From positions 16,503 through 80,502 of the forward strand of contig JAPPMU010000024.1 of NCBI GenBank assembly GCA_028873965.1: a stretch of 64,000 nt of DNA, given 5' to 3'. Source of the stretch: Chloroflexota bacterium. GTDB lineage: Bacteria > Chloroflexota > Dehalococcoidia > Lucifugimonadales > UBA3495. Of this stretch, positions 38,461 through 46,527 are shown one piece after another (within the stretch, counting starts at the first letter, position 1; the number at the start of each line of letters is the position of its first letter). The notes beneath the pieces are model-generated. The model did no database searches. It worked only from the letters and a program-made list of their open reading frames with translations, and was not told where the DNA came from. A program made the position numbers and the translations under genes.

Positions 38461-38640
38461 CGGCACACCCTGCCGCCTGCCGGCCAGAGCCTGAAGTCAC
38501 CTACGTGGCGGTTATCCCCACGCCAACCGTGCCTATCTGGTGCCACCGACGCGCAGCGCGGAAGTGCCCGACGCAGGCACAACGTAGACATCGCCGACCA
38601 ACGGCGCATCCGGCCGCCCCATTGGCCAGGGGCGGCCAGT
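38304..38640 (+). repeat. ~350 bp direct repeat, copy 2
   Basis: See copy 1. This copy is diverged and carries a stop within the duplicated coding part. Confidence 0.75.
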
Positions 38641-38756
38641 TTTGTTGCCGGCGCCAGACGACCCGAATTTCCGCGCCAGAGCCGCGCGCGCAACCTCTGG
38701 ATAACTTTTGGGTACAATCCCGAGCACGACGATTCAGGACACCCGAAAGAACTACG

Positions 38757-39176
38757 ATGGACGCCGCTATCCCAAGTTCCCCTGTTCCCGACCATCCCCA
38801 GGAGACACCTGTGAACCAAACCATCATCATGCCCATTGGGATCATCGAGACGCCGACGCCGGCCGGCGCGATTTTTCGATTGACCACGCAAGGGCAGAAT
38901 GCGGAACTCCGTGCCGACGCCCACGTCACCGTCTGGCGGTACCACCCCAAGCAACTCGCCATGGCCAAGTTCACCGGACGCATTATCCAAGTGGACGACG
39001 ACACCGCCACCTTCGCCATCCTGCGCGCGGAAGTTGACGAGCGGTGGCCCGCCGAAATCAACCCGCTGGGCGCCGGAGCGCCGGTTTACCTGGCAATCAG
39101 AAGCTCCTTCGAGCCCGACACCAGCCGCACGGCGGTCACCGTCTCGCTGGCTGACGCCGAGGAAGGGAAAGAATGA
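38757..39176 (+). CDS. hypothetical protein
   Basis: 139 aa from ATG 38757. The upstream part of the track ORF lies in the repeat. No family recognised. Confidence 0.4.
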   Translation: MDAAIPSSPVPDHPQETPVNQTIIMPIGIIETPTPAGAIFRLTTQGQNAELRADAHVTVWRYHPKQLAMAKFTGRIIQVDDDTATFAILRAEVDERWPAEINPLGAGAPVYLAIRSSFEPDTSRTAVTVSLADAEEGKE

Positions 39177-39282
39177 ACCACACGCCAATGAGCAACGCTG
39201 CTACCGTTACAATGTTAAGGAATCCCTCGAACTGTGCTACCCTTGCGCCGGCAACTGAGAAAAGCGTCGGGGTACAAGACGA

Positions 39283-39987
39283 ATGCAGCAACAACCGCAC
39301 AACGCGACCAGCAGCGACCTTCACGATAGCGCAGGAGGTCCAGTACCCATGACCACGGCGGAACAAACCCCCGTCACCCACCTGCTGGACGGAATGTTGT
39401 GCTGCCAGAATTGCGGCGCTGCCATGGAGTCCACCGACTCGTCCCCGGGGCAAACGCCCATGTACGCGTGCCTCCGTAGCCAAGGAGGCTGCGGCGCCAC
39501 GGCAATCCCCGCCGAACCGCTCGTCCAGTTGGTGGTCACTACGGTGATCCGAGCTGCGTTGGAAGGCGGCAACGCCCAGCAAGTGGCCGAGATAGTCCAA
39601 GAAGATACGCGGGAACGCATCATAGCGTACGACGAAGGCGGGTACACGCCGGAGACGAGGCTGTCACCAGACCTTTCCATTGCCGTCCCGGAAATGAGGG
39701 GAACGCGTCAGCCGGATGCGGCGGAGGACATCGAGCCGCTGCGCAGGCTCAACCGGTACTGGAATCTCACCGGGGATCGAGGGCAGATCGCAGAGTACGC
39801 GCTGGACCCGGACACCTACCTACGTCCCAGCAACGTTCGAACCACCAGGGACATCATCGAAACCGCAGTGGACGAGGTTAGTGTCGGTCCAAGATCAGCC
39901 ATCATCAGGTACAGGTTCGCCATGCCCCCGGGCAGCGGGGACCAAGGGAAGTTCCAAGAAGTGGTGGACTTGGCGAGCCGCCGATGA
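39283..39987 (+). CDS. stand-alone recombinase zinc-ribbon-like protein (large serine recombinase C-terminal module without catalytic domain)
   Basis: LLDGMLCCQNCGAAMESTD...MYACLRSQGGCGATAIPAEPLVQLV matches the zinc beta-ribbon of large serine recombinases. No resolvase domain is present. The start is uncertain (39283 or 39349). Confidence 0.5.
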   Translation: MQQQPHNATSSDLHDSAGGPVPMTTAEQTPVTHLLDGMLCCQNCGAAMESTDSSPGQTPMYACLRSQGGCGATAIPAEPLVQLVVTTVIRAALEGGNAQQVAEIVQEDTRERIIAYDEGGYTPETRLSPDLSIAVPEMRGTRQPDAAEDIEPLRRLNRYWNLTGDRGQIAEYALDPDTYLRPSNVRTTRDIIETAVDEVSVGPRSAIIRYRFAMPPGSGDQGKFQEVVDLASRR

Positions 39988-40019
39988 AGAACCGTCGCAG
40001 TCAGTGAGGTCTGCCCCGA

Positions 40020-40424
40020 CTACGTTTGAGGCAGAAGGGTGAACACCGGCTCCGCGACCTCGCCGCTGGAAACCCACACCACACGGCAGAGCGCCGATTC
40101 ATCTTCCAGCACCTTGGAACCGGACACCGCCAGGAACAGGTAGTCCCGCACACCAGCCGGTGTTTCAGCTGGTCGGAGGTGCCCACCAGCCAGCTGATCA
40201 ATCATTTGGTTTTCCAACCGAGATCCTTTCTCAATGGTGTCGTCGGGCAACACGTGGAGGGGCATGGTCCCCTGGGTTGTCCGGTACAGCTCCAGCGACT
40301 CGGCGGTCCAGTCCTCAACTATCGCCCCGAAAACCGCCTGGCTGATTTGGCGAAAAAGATCAGTGCCGTCACCAGCCGGAATGTCGCGCAATCTACCGGG
40401 ATGACCGGCTTCGCGTATGCTCAT
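40020..40424 (-). CDS. hypothetical protein, divergent from the XRE regulator
   Basis: 134 aa ORF. No family recognised. Confidence 0.4.
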   Translation of the reverse strand: MSIREAGHPGRLRDIPAGDGTDLFRQISQAVFGAIVEDWTAESLELYRTTQGTMPLHVLPDDTIEKGSRLENQMIDQLAGGHLRPAETPAGVRDYLFLAVSGSKVLEDESALCRVVWVSSGEVAEPVFTLLPQT

Positions 40425-40561
40425 TTCTCAATAAAATCCAAACGAGAATTCAGGCAGATACATGGCCCGCAGACGGGAAATCTGCTAACATGGATTATAG
40501 CATTTTCGGGGCGAAAACTGAACTGGGAAGCGACAGCAAAAAAGGCCAAGAGGCAACCCCT

Positions 40562-41035
40562 ATGAGCGAACTTACGGCGACGACCGCCGCTATTCCTGAC
40601 GAAACCCGAGGCGGACCAACCTCAGGCAGCGACTCGCTGCCTTTGGGCGAGATACTCAGGCGAATGCGGGGCGAAAGAAGCCTGCGGGACGTGGAGCGGG
40701 ATACCGGCGTGGCCAACTCTCATCTGTGCAACGTCGAAAGGGGCAGCCAACAGCCCGGTCTGAAGTTCCTGGGCCGCATGGCGGACTACTACCAGACCAG
40801 CGTGGCTGAGATCATCCGCCAGGCGGAACTCCTCAGGGACGCCCAGGACAACCCCCATCGGCTGATGGCGGCCGACGTGGAGCGCTCGTACCGGTTCGTG
40901 GCCGAGGACCCCAGGCTTCAACCCTGGGAAGAGCCGGAGGAAGCACTATCCATTGATGCCAAGAGGCAGGTCGTGAGGACGTACGAACTCCTGACGGGAA
41001 GGACGCTGCTGGGGTCTGCGGCAAGCGTCCCATGA
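40562..41035 (+). CDS. XRE-family helix-turn-helix regulator
   Basis: LGEILRRMRGERSLRDVERDTGVANSHLCNVERGSQQP is an HTH_3 pattern. It lies directly upstream of the recombinase. Confidence 0.75.
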   Translation: MSELTATTAAIPDETRGGPTSGSDSLPLGEILRRMRGERSLRDVERDTGVANSHLCNVERGSQQPGLKFLGRMADYYQTSVAEIIRQAELLRDAQDNPHRLMAADVERSYRFVAEDPRLQPWEEPEEALSIDAKRQVVRTYELLTGRTLLGSAASVP

Positions 41036-41092
41036 GGTGATCAATCGCCGCGCCGGCACTCGGCGAAACCTGCGGAACGAAGGAGGACAGCC

Positions 41093-42718
41093 ATGCCCAT
41101 GAAAAAGAGGAAACCGGAAGGCGAACCCATCAGGTACGCCTTGTACGTCAGGTTTTCAAGCTGGCAGCAAGACGGTGAAAACTCCAAAGAGGGACAGCTC
41201 AACGCCCTGCGCGCGTACGTTGAGTCCAAAGGCGGCGTGATCGTAAAGATCTACATCGACGAGGGCGTGAGCGGCAAGCGCGACGACCGCAAAGAGCTCA
41301 ACGAGTTGATGCGGGACGCCGGAAACCGCATACGCCCCTTTGACGAAGTCCTGGTCTGGAAATTCGACAGGTTCGGGCGCCGGGCCAGCACCATGGACCG
41401 CCGCATCACCGAGCTGGAAGAGCGCGGCATCGGCATCACCGCCATCCAACAACCCATACAGGGGAAACCCTCCGTAGTAAGGTTGTTCAGGACCATGCTG
41501 GGCGGCTTCGCCGAGTACGTCAGCGACAACATGGGCGAGGACATTTCCCGCGGCAGAAAAACTTCCGCCGCACACGGCGTCTGGACCAGTTCGTCCGTGC
41601 CGTTCGGATACAAAAAGGACTACCGGATGGACCGGAACAAAATGCGTCCGTTTCTGGTGCCGGACCCCGACACGGCGCCAATAGTCCAGCGGGTGTTCAG
41701 CCTGTACCTTGACGGCTCCAGCACGTCAAAGATCGCCAGCGTCTTCCGGGAAGAGGACGTGCCTGGCCCCACCGAAAAGCCGTGGACCCCGAAACGGGTC
41801 TCGCAAATGCTGAAAAACATCGAATACGCCGGCTTCATCCAATTCGGTCAACGCTCCAAGTACGAGGATGAAGTGGCGCTCACAACCGCGCCCGCGATGG
41901 AAATTGTGAGCTTGGAAGACTACAACCTGGCGCAGGACATAATGGTGTCCCGCAATCCGACGAACAGGCACCCCCGGGAAATCGCCAGCGTCCATCTGCT
42001 GAGCGGACTGACCCACTGCGGTAGGGGCAGCCACAAGATGAGCCCCACGGGCGGGGAGCGCAGCTACTACAACTGCAACGGAAGGCGCAACGGGATATGC
42101 CCGGACTGCGACACGCCCAACGTCAGGGCGGAACGGCTGGATGCCTTGGTCCTCCAGCACGTACTGGACAGGATCATCATCAAGGAGAACACGGAACGGA
42201 TTCTCGCCATCGTAGCCAGCAGCCAGACGGAAGCCACGATGGAAGTGGAAGAGGAACTGAAGAACGTCAATTTGGAAATTGAGGGCCAGAAGCAAGCGAG
42301 AAAGAACCTGCTCAAGCTGGTGGAGGAAGAATACGCGGTGTCGGCGGACATCTCCGAAAGGCTGAGTGAAATCAGGGAGAGCCTGACGCGGCTCGAATCA
42401 AGGGCGCTTGAGGCAAGGGCCAAGGTGTCTAACGAAAAAGCCCTCATCTCAAATCCGGACAAGGTTCTTGCCTACGCGAAGAAACTCGAGACCTATCTCC
42501 GCGGCACCAACCTGGACCTCACCAAGGCAATCCTGAATGATCTGATAGTGCAGGTCAAAGTCTATCCCGGAGAGCAGAAGGACACCGCAAACGTGGTCAT
42601 CACATACCGGTTGCCTACGCCGCCCACGGGCTGGACCGAGAAGACCGACATGGAAGTGATCGCCCTGCGGAAAAATGTGCGCTCTTTAGAGACACCCGCC
42701 AAAGCCGGTATCCAGTAA
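41093..42718 (+). CDS. large serine recombinase
   Basis: The resolvase catalytic domain is present (YALYVRFSSWQQ..., IYIDEGVSGKRDDRKEL, VLVWKFDRFGRR). It is followed by the recombinase domain, a zinc ribbon (CGRGSHKM...YYNCNGRRNGICPDC) and a long coiled coil. The 3' end runs into a REP unit (..PAKAGIQ). Confidence 0.9.
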   Translation: MPMKKRKPEGEPIRYALYVRFSSWQQDGENSKEGQLNALRAYVESKGGVIVKIYIDEGVSGKRDDRKELNELMRDAGNRIRPFDEVLVWKFDRFGRRASTMDRRITELEERGIGITAIQQPIQGKPSVVRLFRTMLGGFAEYVSDNMGEDISRGRKTSAAHGVWTSSSVPFGYKKDYRMDRNKMRPFLVPDPDTAPIVQRVFSLYLDGSSTSKIASVFREEDVPGPTEKPWTPKRVSQMLKNIEYAGFIQFGQRSKYEDEVALTTAPAMEIVSLEDYNLAQDIMVSRNPTNRHPREIASVHLLSGLTHCGRGSHKMSPTGGERSYYNCNGRRNGICPDCDTPNVRAERLDALVLQHVLDRIIIKENTERILAIVASSQTEATMEVEEELKNVNLEIEGQKQARKNLLKLVEEEYAVSADISERLSEIRESLTRLESRALEARAKVSNEKALISNPDKVLAYAKKLETYLRGTNLDLTKAILNDLIVQVKVYPGEQKDTANVVITYRLPTPPTGWTEKTDMEVIALRKNVRSLETPAKAGIQ

Positions 42719-42811
42719 ATCCTTGCTGTGCTCACGTTTGCCAGTGGCAGGGATTTCTGGGTTCCTGCTTTCGCAGGAACGACGTGTAATCCACCAGAAA
42801 ACCCATCAACA

Positions 42812-42831
42812 CTGAACAGTTACCGTTGACG
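42812..42831. repeat. right island junction: terminal inverted repeat CTGAACAGTTAC + direct repeat CGTTGACG
   Basis: Exact counterparts of 27109-27120 (inverted) and 27101-27108 (direct). Confidence 0.9.
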
Positions 42832-42923
42832 TACCAGTCGATGGTCTGGCCATCCTCCAGGGCAAAGCGCCCTCGGTGAATATGCGGCCGCACCAGTTCG
42901 GCGATGGCTTGCAGGTTGCTCAT
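42824..42923 (-). pseudogene. phosphoribosyltransferase gene, 5' portion
   Basis: MSNLQAIAELVRPHIHRGRFALEDGQTIDWYVNG is the expected PRT N-terminus (G-F-x-L-x-x-G ... Y-v-d). The reading then runs into the island terminus. The GTC AAC GG codon phase is identical at both junctions. Confidence 0.8.
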
Positions 42924-42949
42924 GGTTGAGCCTACTGGTTGGGGTTGCC

Positions 42950-43270
42950 TCACCCTCTGTCTTGTTCCTCTTCCGGAACGGGCATACCGGGCCGCCAGCC
43001 CCGTGGCGCGGGGTGTCCCCGCCGATTGTGTCGGCCTAGCGCCCAGAGAAAGGCGGAGACGTCAATGCCGGCGCGTTCTACCTCTTTGCCCAGAGTAGGC
43101 CCGCGCATCGGCCGGTTGCCCCAATCCGTGAGCGTGATGCTGATTTGCCCGTTAGACAATATGACGTGGCTGCCCTTGCCCCGGCGACGACGGCTGATTA
43201 TCTCGAATCCAAATCTCCGAAAGGCCGATACGGCCTCGCCAAATGGCACATTGCTAATTGATACCGGCAT
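42950..43270 (-). CDS. hicA: HicA-family toxin-like protein
   Basis: AVSAFRRFGFEIISRRRRGKGSHVIL is the HicA pattern. It overlaps the hicB 3' end by 17 nt. At 106 aa it is longer than typical. Confidence 0.6.
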   Translation of the reverse strand: MPVSISNVPFGEAVSAFRRFGFEIISRRRRGKGSHVILSNGQISITLTDWGNRPMRGPTLGKEVERAGIDVSAFLWALGRHNRRGHPAPRGWRPGMPVPEEEQDRG

Positions 43271-43538
43271 TCAGATTGACCAACACGCTGGCCGTTTGCA
43301 CCGTGTAGCCCTGGGTCGTCCAGTCCTTTTTCATTTGCTCGGCGTCTTCGGTTTCCTCCATAGCCGGACGCCCGACTTCCTCCAGAAATAGTTCGATGGC
43401 GCCCTGGACCATGTACAGGGCTTCATCCCGGTCTTCGCCTTCGGAGGCGCAGCCGGGGAGGGCGGGCACAAAAACCGAGTAACCGGCGTCATCGCCTCCG
43501 GATACCAGCACCACTTCAAACTCCTCGGTTTGAGGCAT
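43254..43538 (-). CDS. hicB: HicB-family antitoxin
   Basis: EVVLVSGGDDAGYSVFVPALPGCASEGEDRDEALYMVQGAIELFLEE is the HicB/UPF0150 pattern. ATG at 43538. Confidence 0.7.
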   Translation of the reverse strand: MPQTEEFEVVLVSGGDDAGYSVFVPALPGCASEGEDRDEALYMVQGAIELFLEEVGRPAMEETEDAEQMKKDWTTQGYTVQTASVLVNLNAGIN

Positions 43539-43655
43539 GGCGCCGCCTGGTTCAAGTCCCGATTGATCTGTCCTCGTAACCATACTCACAGGTCTCTACG
43601 ACTCGCACCGTTGGGGGCGAAGGATCCTTCGCCCCGGTACGGGCGCGCATCCCGG

Positions 43656-45407
43656 CTACCGCCCCATGGCGTAGCCGTCTCGCCGCAGGTCGGCGCCTCC
43701 AAACAGGCTTCCGCGCTCGCGATCGATCTCGATGGCGCACAGGGAGCCCATGCGCGGTGTCCACTCGTTCCACACGTCAACGTCGTGACCGCGCTTGCGG
43801 AGGTCGTCCACCACGGACGGCTCGATGCGAGACTCGACACCGACCAGGCCGGGACGGTATGCGTGCGGCCAGAAGGAGTTGGGGAAACTCCAGGTGGAAG
43901 CGCGGGGAGCCTCGATGGCCTGCTGCACGTCCATGCCAAATTCGGCGACGTTAAGGAAGAGCTGCACCATGGACTGGGGCTGCACGTCGCCGCCCGGCGT
44001 TCCGAAGGGCATCCAGGGCTTGCCATCCTTGAACGCCATCGCCGGATTCGGCGTGAGCCGCGGCCGCTTTCCTGGCGCAAGGCTGGCGGGGTGGTCCTCG
44101 TCCAGCCAGTTCTGCGCTCCCCGAGCCGACACCATGAAACCCAGGCCGGACGCAATGGGCGCGCCGCCGAACCCGTCGCTGGGAGTGGCCGAGAAGGCGT
44201 TGCCCCAGCGGTCCACCGCGCAGATATAAGACGTATCCGCGGACAGCGGGCCGGCCACTGGCTCCGGCTTGCGGGCGGCGTGGCCGGTTCCAGCCTGGAA
44301 CGCCCAGGGATCTCCGGCATCGGGCATTTCCGGATGCGCGCGGCGGGGATCGATCTCTCGGCGCCGGATGTCCGCGTACTCCCGGGAGAGCAGGCCGTCC
44401 ATGGGCACGTCCACGAAATCCGGATCGCCGTAGTAGGCGTGGCGATCGGCAAAGGCCAGCTTCAGCGCCTCCAGCACGGTGTGGATGTACTCCGCGGAAT
44501 TGTGGCCCATTCCCTGAAGGTCACAGCCTTCCAGAATGCGCAGGGCGTGGAGGTTCATCGGCCCCTGGCACCAGGGGCCGCAGGCGTACACGTCGATTCC
44601 CTTGTAATCGATCACCGGCGGAGTGTCCACGCCCACGGAGAAGGCAGCCAGGTCGTTCATGGATAGCCAGCCGCCCTGGCTCCGTATGAACGCTACCATC
44701 TCCTCGGCGATGTCACCCTTGTAAAACAGGTCTCGCGCGGCCTGTATGGCAGCCTCACGACCCTGACCCGCAACGGCACGCTCCGCGTCGATCATGCGCC
44801 GGAAGGTCCGTGCCAGATCGGACTGCACCAGCAGATCGCCGACGCCCAGGGCCTTGCCGTTGGGGTAGAAGATATCCATGGTGCTGGCCCACTGGCTGGT
44901 GTCCCCTTCGTCGAGGATGATGTTATCGCCGCTGCTGACCAGAGCGCGGTGCAGCGTGGCGGGGATGGGGAAGCCGTGGGCCGCCAGTTCCAGCGCCGGA
45001 GTGACGACCTGCTCGAAGGTCATGGTGCCGTAACGGCTGAGGGAGGTGAGCCAGGCGTCCGGCGCCGCCGGCGTCACGGTGCGCATCACCCCGTGGGGCA
45101 TGTCGCCGCCGTGTTCGCGCCGGAAATAGTCGATGGACGCCTCAGCTGGCCAGCGACCCAAGCCACTGATCTCCCGGGTGTCCCCAGACTCGGCGTGGTG
45201 GATGATGATCGGAGCCACGCCGCCGAAGCTGGTGTACTGGGGAAGCGTCACGTTGATGACGATGCCGGCGGCCACCCCCGCGTCAATGGCGTTGCCGCCC
45301 TGTTCAAGTATCCGGTAGCCGGCCGCCGTAGCCAGGTAGTGACCGGTGCTGACCATGTGCGTAACGCCGCCCACCAGCGGGCGGTAGCTTCTCAATCCCA
45401 ATGCCAT
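43656..45407 (-). CDS. ggt: gamma-glutamyltransferase family protein
   Basis: 583 aa. MVSTGHYLATAAGYRILEQGGNAIDAG at the N-terminus, and the autoprocessing/nucleophile context ADTSYICAVD. Confidence 0.9.
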   Translation of the reverse strand: MALGLRSYRPLVGGVTHMVSTGHYLATAAGYRILEQGGNAIDAGVAAGIVINVTLPQYTSFGGVAPIIIHHAESGDTREISGLGRWPAEASIDYFRREHGGDMPHGVMRTVTPAAPDAWLTSLSRYGTMTFEQVVTPALELAAHGFPIPATLHRALVSSGDNIILDEGDTSQWASTMDIFYPNGKALGVGDLLVQSDLARTFRRMIDAERAVAGQGREAAIQAARDLFYKGDIAEEMVAFIRSQGGWLSMNDLAAFSVGVDTPPVIDYKGIDVYACGPWCQGPMNLHALRILEGCDLQGMGHNSAEYIHTVLEALKLAFADRHAYYGDPDFVDVPMDGLLSREYADIRRREIDPRRAHPEMPDAGDPWAFQAGTGHAARKPEPVAGPLSADTSYICAVDRWGNAFSATPSDGFGGAPIASGLGFMVSARGAQNWLDEDHPASLAPGKRPRLTPNPAMAFKDGKPWMPFGTPGGDVQPQSMVQLFLNVAEFGMDVQQAIEAPRASTWSFPNSFWPHAYRPGLVGVESRIEPSVVDDLRKRGHDVDVWNEWTPRMGSLCAIEIDRERGSLFGGADLRRDGYAMGR

Positions 45408-45576
45408 AGTGACCTCCGCAGCAGGGCTGCGCTTGTTATGGGTTTGCTGTTGGTTGAACGGGAGTATAGGGCATTGGGGAGAGGGCCGCCAGATTGGTGA
45501 CCCTTTCCTCTTGCGCCCATCGCGACCGTCAATTTATCATCGCCGCGAGATCACAACTCCGCAAATCCGTCCTACC

Positions 45577-46527
45577 ATGACCGAACCGAAAACGATAAAC
45601 GCTGCACAAACCGGCGTCTTTGAGGGGGATTGCCTGGAGTTAATCCCAAATCTCCCCGATGCCAGTATCGACGTTGTTGTCACCAGTCCGCCCTACTGGG
45701 GCCAACGCTCCCCCGGTGGGGGTGTGGGCAACGGCGCTGAGGAAGACCCCAGGGAGTACCTTGCCTTTTTGGAGGCGGTATTCACTGCTTTGCTGCCCAA
45801 GCTGAAGCGGCACGGGATTGCGTGGCTCAACTTGGGCGATGCCTACAACACGCCGGTAAATTGGGGAGCGAAGGATTACAAATACAGTTCGTTAGGGGCT
45901 GATAAAAATGGTTTCTCGCCCGAAAACGCGGCCTATACCAAGCCGCGTTTCAAGCGTAAGGCGTTTGTTGACAAAACGACCGGATGGCTACAGTACGGCA
46001 ACTTGCTGATGCTGCCGCAGCGTCTGCTGATAGCGCTCACTGAATCGGGGTATCTGTACCGCGGCGAAGTTATCTGGACCAAGAAGAACCCGATGCCGGA
46101 AGGACGTTGCCGCCGGCCGCACCGCAAGCATGAACCCATATACCTGTTGGCCAAAGATGAGCAGCATTCGTTCCGCGCCGCGCCGCCGGTGCCCAGCGTG
46201 TGGGAGTTTGCCAATGAACACATCCCCGGCTTGCAGCACCGATCACGGTTTCCCATAGAACTGCCCAAACGCTGCATTGAAGCTTACGGGCGGAGCGGAC
46301 GCGAGGTAGTGGTGCTGGACCCATTCTCCGGTTCCGGGTCAGCCGGCATAGCAGCGCTGCGATTAGGCTGTACTTACATCGGGTTCGAGATTGACCCGGA
46401 GCAGGTTGCGGAATCAAGGAAGAGGTTGGCGCAGATCAACGAACAGCAAAATTTCAACTTTGACGAGGCGAACGGCGTCATAAAGTCGAAATCAGAAATC
46501 TCGAAAAATGGTCGTCTGGATTCGTAA
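45577..46527 (+). CDS. DNA methyltransferase (N4-C/N6-A, beta class, SPPY motif)
   Basis: DVVVTSPPYWGQ is motif IV. VVVLDPFSGSGSAGIAALRLGCTYIGFEID is motif I. ATG at 45577. The region is lower in GC. Confidence 0.85.
   Translation: MTEPKTINAAQTGVFEGDCLELIPNLPDASIDVVVTSPPYWGQRSPGGGVGNGAEEDPREYLAFLEAVFTALLPKLKRHGIAWLNLGDAYNTPVNWGAKDYKYSSLGADKNGFSPENAAYTKPRFKRKAFVDKTTGWLQYGNLLMLPQRLLIALTESGYLYRGEVIWTKKNPMPEGRCRRPHRKHEPIYLLAKDEQHSFRAAPPVPSVWEFANEHIPGLQHRSRFPIELPKRCIEAYGRSGREVVVLDPFSGSGSAGIAALRLGCTYIGFEIDPEQVAESRKRLAQINEQQNFNFDEANGVIKSKSEISKNGRLDS

Larger units (their letters stand above)
27109..42823. mobile_element. 15.7 kb integrated element (serine-recombinase island) inserted in the phosphoribosyltransferase gene
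   Basis: Perfect 12 bp inverted termini are flanked by a perfect 8 bp direct repeat. A large serine recombinase and an XRE regulator sit at the right end. GC composition is heterogeneous. Joining the flanks restores a 176-codon ORF in frame. Confidence 0.85.

Noticed and set aside
38430-39188. 252 aa minus-strand ORF across the direct repeat and the 38757 gene
   Set aside because: It runs through repeat copy 2 and is antisense to a better-supported ORF. Gly/Arg-rich with no motifs.
43530-45500. Several long plus-strand ORFs opposite ggt
   Set aside because: Shadow ORFs. ggt is full length with its processing-site motif.
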